A stretch of 64,000 nt of DNA from an uncultured Methanoregulaceae archaeon (lineage in GTDB: Archaea > Halobacteriota > Methanomicrobia > Methanomicrobiales > Methanospirillaceae), in assembly GCA_963841015.1 (NCBI GenBank), contig CAWJAX010000004.1, positions 102,267 to 166,266 on the forward strand, read 5' to 3'. Each line of letters begins with the position of its first letter. Position 1 is the first letter of the stretch. The notes under the pieces were generated by a model. That model saw only the letters and a program-made list of their open reading frames with translations, did not search any database and was not told the origin of the DNA. Of this stretch, positions 61,644 through 64,000 are shown one piece after another. Both the position numbers and the translations under genes were made by a program.

Positions 61644-62147
61644 TCACCGGAACCGCTCATCCGACCGGAACACTTCTGCACCATGCGCACTCTTTTCAAG
61701 CCATCCTGATGAAGCATCCGGATACGCATCGAATACGGGCACATAGGGTTTCAGGTCAAGGAGGGGAGTCCCATCGAGAATGTCCACATCTTCAATGAAT
61801 AATGTCGAACCTTTCACTTCCATGAGCCGTACGATCGAGAGACCGATAGCATTCGGGCGCCGGGGTGCCCTTGTGGCAAACACACCACGGGGAGTAGTGT
61901 CAAGGAATGGCCTGATAGTAAGCGCGTAGGACGAGCAACAGTGAAATGCATAAATCAGGAAAAGATGGGAAAAACCTTCGATATCCGTAAGCCCTTCAGC
62001 ATATTCACTGAAGACCTCGACGGTACCACGGATACCCCGTGCCCCGGTCGGCTGGATAGGCATCCCCATGATATCAGTAAAGGGTGAGTGGATCTTCCCG
62101 ATCGGGACAATGGAGAGCGGATCCCGGATTTTCTCTTCATCCTGCAT
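61644..62147 (-). CDS. tsaA: TsaA/TrmO-like SAM-binding methyltransferase-fold protein
   Basis: PIGKIHSPF, GFSHL, GVFATRAPRRPNAIGLS, DILDGTPLLDLKPY. Confidence 0.88.
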   Translation of the reverse strand: MQDEEKIRDPLSIVPIGKIHSPFTDIMGMPIQPTGARGIRGTVEVFSEYAEGLTDIEGFSHLFLIYAFHCCSSYALTIRPFLDTTPRGVFATRAPRRPNAIGLSIVRLMEVKGSTLFIEDVDILDGTPLLDLKPYVPVFDAYPDASSGWLEKSAHGAEVFRSDERFR

Positions 62148-62456
62148 ATACCGGAATCACCATTTCTGCAATAAAAGGTTCCTGAACAAAAAAACTTTTT
62201 CAGAATAAAAAATAATCGGCGTGCAGGAATGTCAGTATATGATACCGCTTCCTGTCCCAGTTTTGTTGTTCGTTGACCGATTTATCATCAGTTGGTGAAT
62301 TTTAAAATGTGGCATCTATTGTGTGCATATGTCCGGTTGGTGCTGTTCCCAAAGGGACAATAAATTGTGTTCCTCCAATCAATATAATATTTTTCTTTTA
62401 ACTTTGAAAAAATATCAAACAAAAATATTTATCAAAGGGGATTCTAATGTTGATCA

Positions 62457-63461
62457 ATGCCCTACCCAGGCATATTAAAACCCGAAAACCCGCCACGGGA
62501 AAAAAACCGGCGCGTTCAAAAAAATATTCTCGAACTCACTCTCGAACGGTTGCAGAAGCTGTATGAAGACAGTCCGGTCCGCCCGGGCAGACTCAGCCGT
62601 CTGGCAATAAAACCCCATTGGAATGCCGTGCTCGGTTCGAACAACGAGTGCGGACTGGCGAACAATTTTCTGGGCATTCAGGCTACCTATGCAGACCGGG
62701 CAGAAAACACCAGATTCCTGAACCTGATTGGAAAGCCGCTTATGGAACTTGCTGACTGGGGCATCCATGCAAAGGATCTCCAGGAACGCTCAATTGGTAT
62801 TGCTGCACTGAGTGCACTTTCCCAGTGTTTCCTCGAATCATTATCCATCAGGAACCGTGGATTTCTTGCTCAGTGCTGGATACCAACAGATAAACTTGTC
62901 CAGCAGTATCCGACAATGTCCCGGCTTGTCACCAAAAATGACATCGTTGTAGTTGTTGGATATGGTAATGAAGTGAGAAATCTCCGCGGCAGGTGCCGTG
63001 AGCTGCATGTGACCGATAAGCGTTTAAAAGACACTTTCGGGACAATGATTATTGATAAGGGGATTGTTTATGGCCCCAAAGATATCGTTGTTCATTCCGA
63101 AAAAGAACGTGAAATGGTTCTGGGTATCGCCGATGTTGTTATTATCAGTGCTTCGACACTGGTGGACAACACATTCGATGAAATCGTGAAATTTTCCACA
63201 AAAGCTCATCTGATCGGCATATACGGACCCGGTGGTTCACTCATCCCGGATGTTTTTTTTGACCGGGGTATTGATTTTATCACCTCATTCCGGATTGCTG
63301 ATTCAGTCCGGTTTTCTGAAGACATGATAAATGATAATGATATGGAATTTGCCGTCAGAACCTCTCAAAAACAATACATGTTCATGCGCCCTCTTGCCAA
63401 GACCAGCGGAACATCCATTCACAAAATGCTGCGGCAGGCTAAGCCTGTGAACATCAACTAA
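62457..63461 (+). CDS. DUF364-like Rossmann-fold protein
   Basis: ERSIGIAALSAL, VVVVG, ADVVIISASTLVDNTFDEI, IYGPGGSLIP.VFF..G. Confidence 0.75.
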   Translation: MPYPGILKPENPPREKNRRVQKNILELTLERLQKLYEDSPVRPGRLSRLAIKPHWNAVLGSNNECGLANNFLGIQATYADRAENTRFLNLIGKPLMELADWGIHAKDLQERSIGIAALSALSQCFLESLSIRNRGFLAQCWIPTDKLVQQYPTMSRLVTKNDIVVVVGYGNEVRNLRGRCRELHVTDKRLKDTFGTMIIDKGIVYGPKDIVVHSEKEREMVLGIADVVIISASTLVDNTFDEIVKFSTKAHLIGIYGPGGSLIPDVFFDRGIDFITSFRIADSVRFSEDMINDNDMEFAVRTSQKQYMFMRPLAKTSGTSIHKMLRQAKPVNIN

Positions 63462-63522
63462 GTTTAAAATAAAAAGGGGTTGCCGGGAACTGGTCCCCTG
63501 CACTTACAGTATCCTCAGTATT

Positions 63523-63954
63523 TTATGCCGTTACCTTTGCTTTGGCTTTTTCCTCTTCAGTCTTCTGGACAGGTTTTTTCGTCCAGGTAAGATCATTGCC
63601 CTGGAATGCAAACGAATTCATGAAGTGGATTCTGACATCATTGGGAACAGATGACGTGTCTGCATTCTGGGGAACAATAAGGAGAAGATTGCTCTTATGA
63701 ACCTGCCCGTATGGCCCCGTCACACTTGAGCGCATAAGTTCCAGTTTTTCCTTGGGCACCTTCTTCTCAAATGAGACGAGGACTTTATTCAGTTCTTTGT
63801 TTCCGGAAATAGTTCGTTCAGCAATATATTCCCGGTCATAACCTGCTGTTTCTGGCAGAGGAGTTATTTTCCAGCCGTCATAAGTAGAAAAGAACCGGTT
63901 AATCTCCTGCCGTGCAAACTGGTGCATAATATCCTGGTTGCTTCCCATATTCAA
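63523..63954 (-). CDS. Hypothetical protein
   Basis: 143-aa ATG-started ORF convergent with the DUF364 gene; no recognisable motif. Confidence 0.6.
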   Translation of the reverse strand: MNMGSNQDIMHQFARQEINRFFSTYDGWKITPLPETAGYDREYIAERTISGNKELNKVLVSFEKKVPKEKLELMRSSVTGPYGQVHKSNLLLIVPQNADTSSVPNDVRIHFMNSFAFQGNDLTWTKKPVQKTEEEKAKAKVTA

Positions 63955-64000
63955 TCAGTGATAGTTACTCAATAATCAATAAAAAACTATGGATTTATTG

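Noticed and set aside
1-64000. tRNA or rRNA genes
   Set aside because: No cloverleaf with a T-loop GTTCRA motif and no rRNA-like stretch recognised in the intergenic regions; a tRNAscan run would be needed to exclude them fully

Overview
Archaeal methanogen DNA; gene content (YcaO/TfuA, histone, RadA, FEN-1, PEF-CTERM-type sorting signals) points to Methanomicrobiales, probably Methanoregula-like (inference). The first ~38 kb is mostly housekeeping: rpa-radA, histone, NOG1, presenilin homolog, fen, ycaO-tfuA, the pyrG-guaAB-argD-hisC operon, hisD and pst/phoU. It is interrupted by a TPR + BrxD/SngB-like ATPase pair, two PH-domain membrane paralogs, a MITE with TIRs and an 8-bp TSD, related dispersed repeats, and a vapBC module lying between two copies of a gene-linked repeat. 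The most striking region is 41.2-63.5 kb. There a tungstate ABC transporter (wtpABC) is embedded among six exported proteins that carry about 11 sulfite-oxidase-fold (molybdopterin-binding-like) domains of two divergent subtypes. One is a ~2,380-aa mosaic surface protein, and four of the promoter regions share a GTTAA-N10-TT(A/T)A(C/T) palindrome. This is a candidate surface W/Mo or metallopterin scavenging system. At least five single-base frameshifts in otherwise intact genes suggest indel errors in the assembly. All domain calls are by-eye motif recognition; no database was searched.
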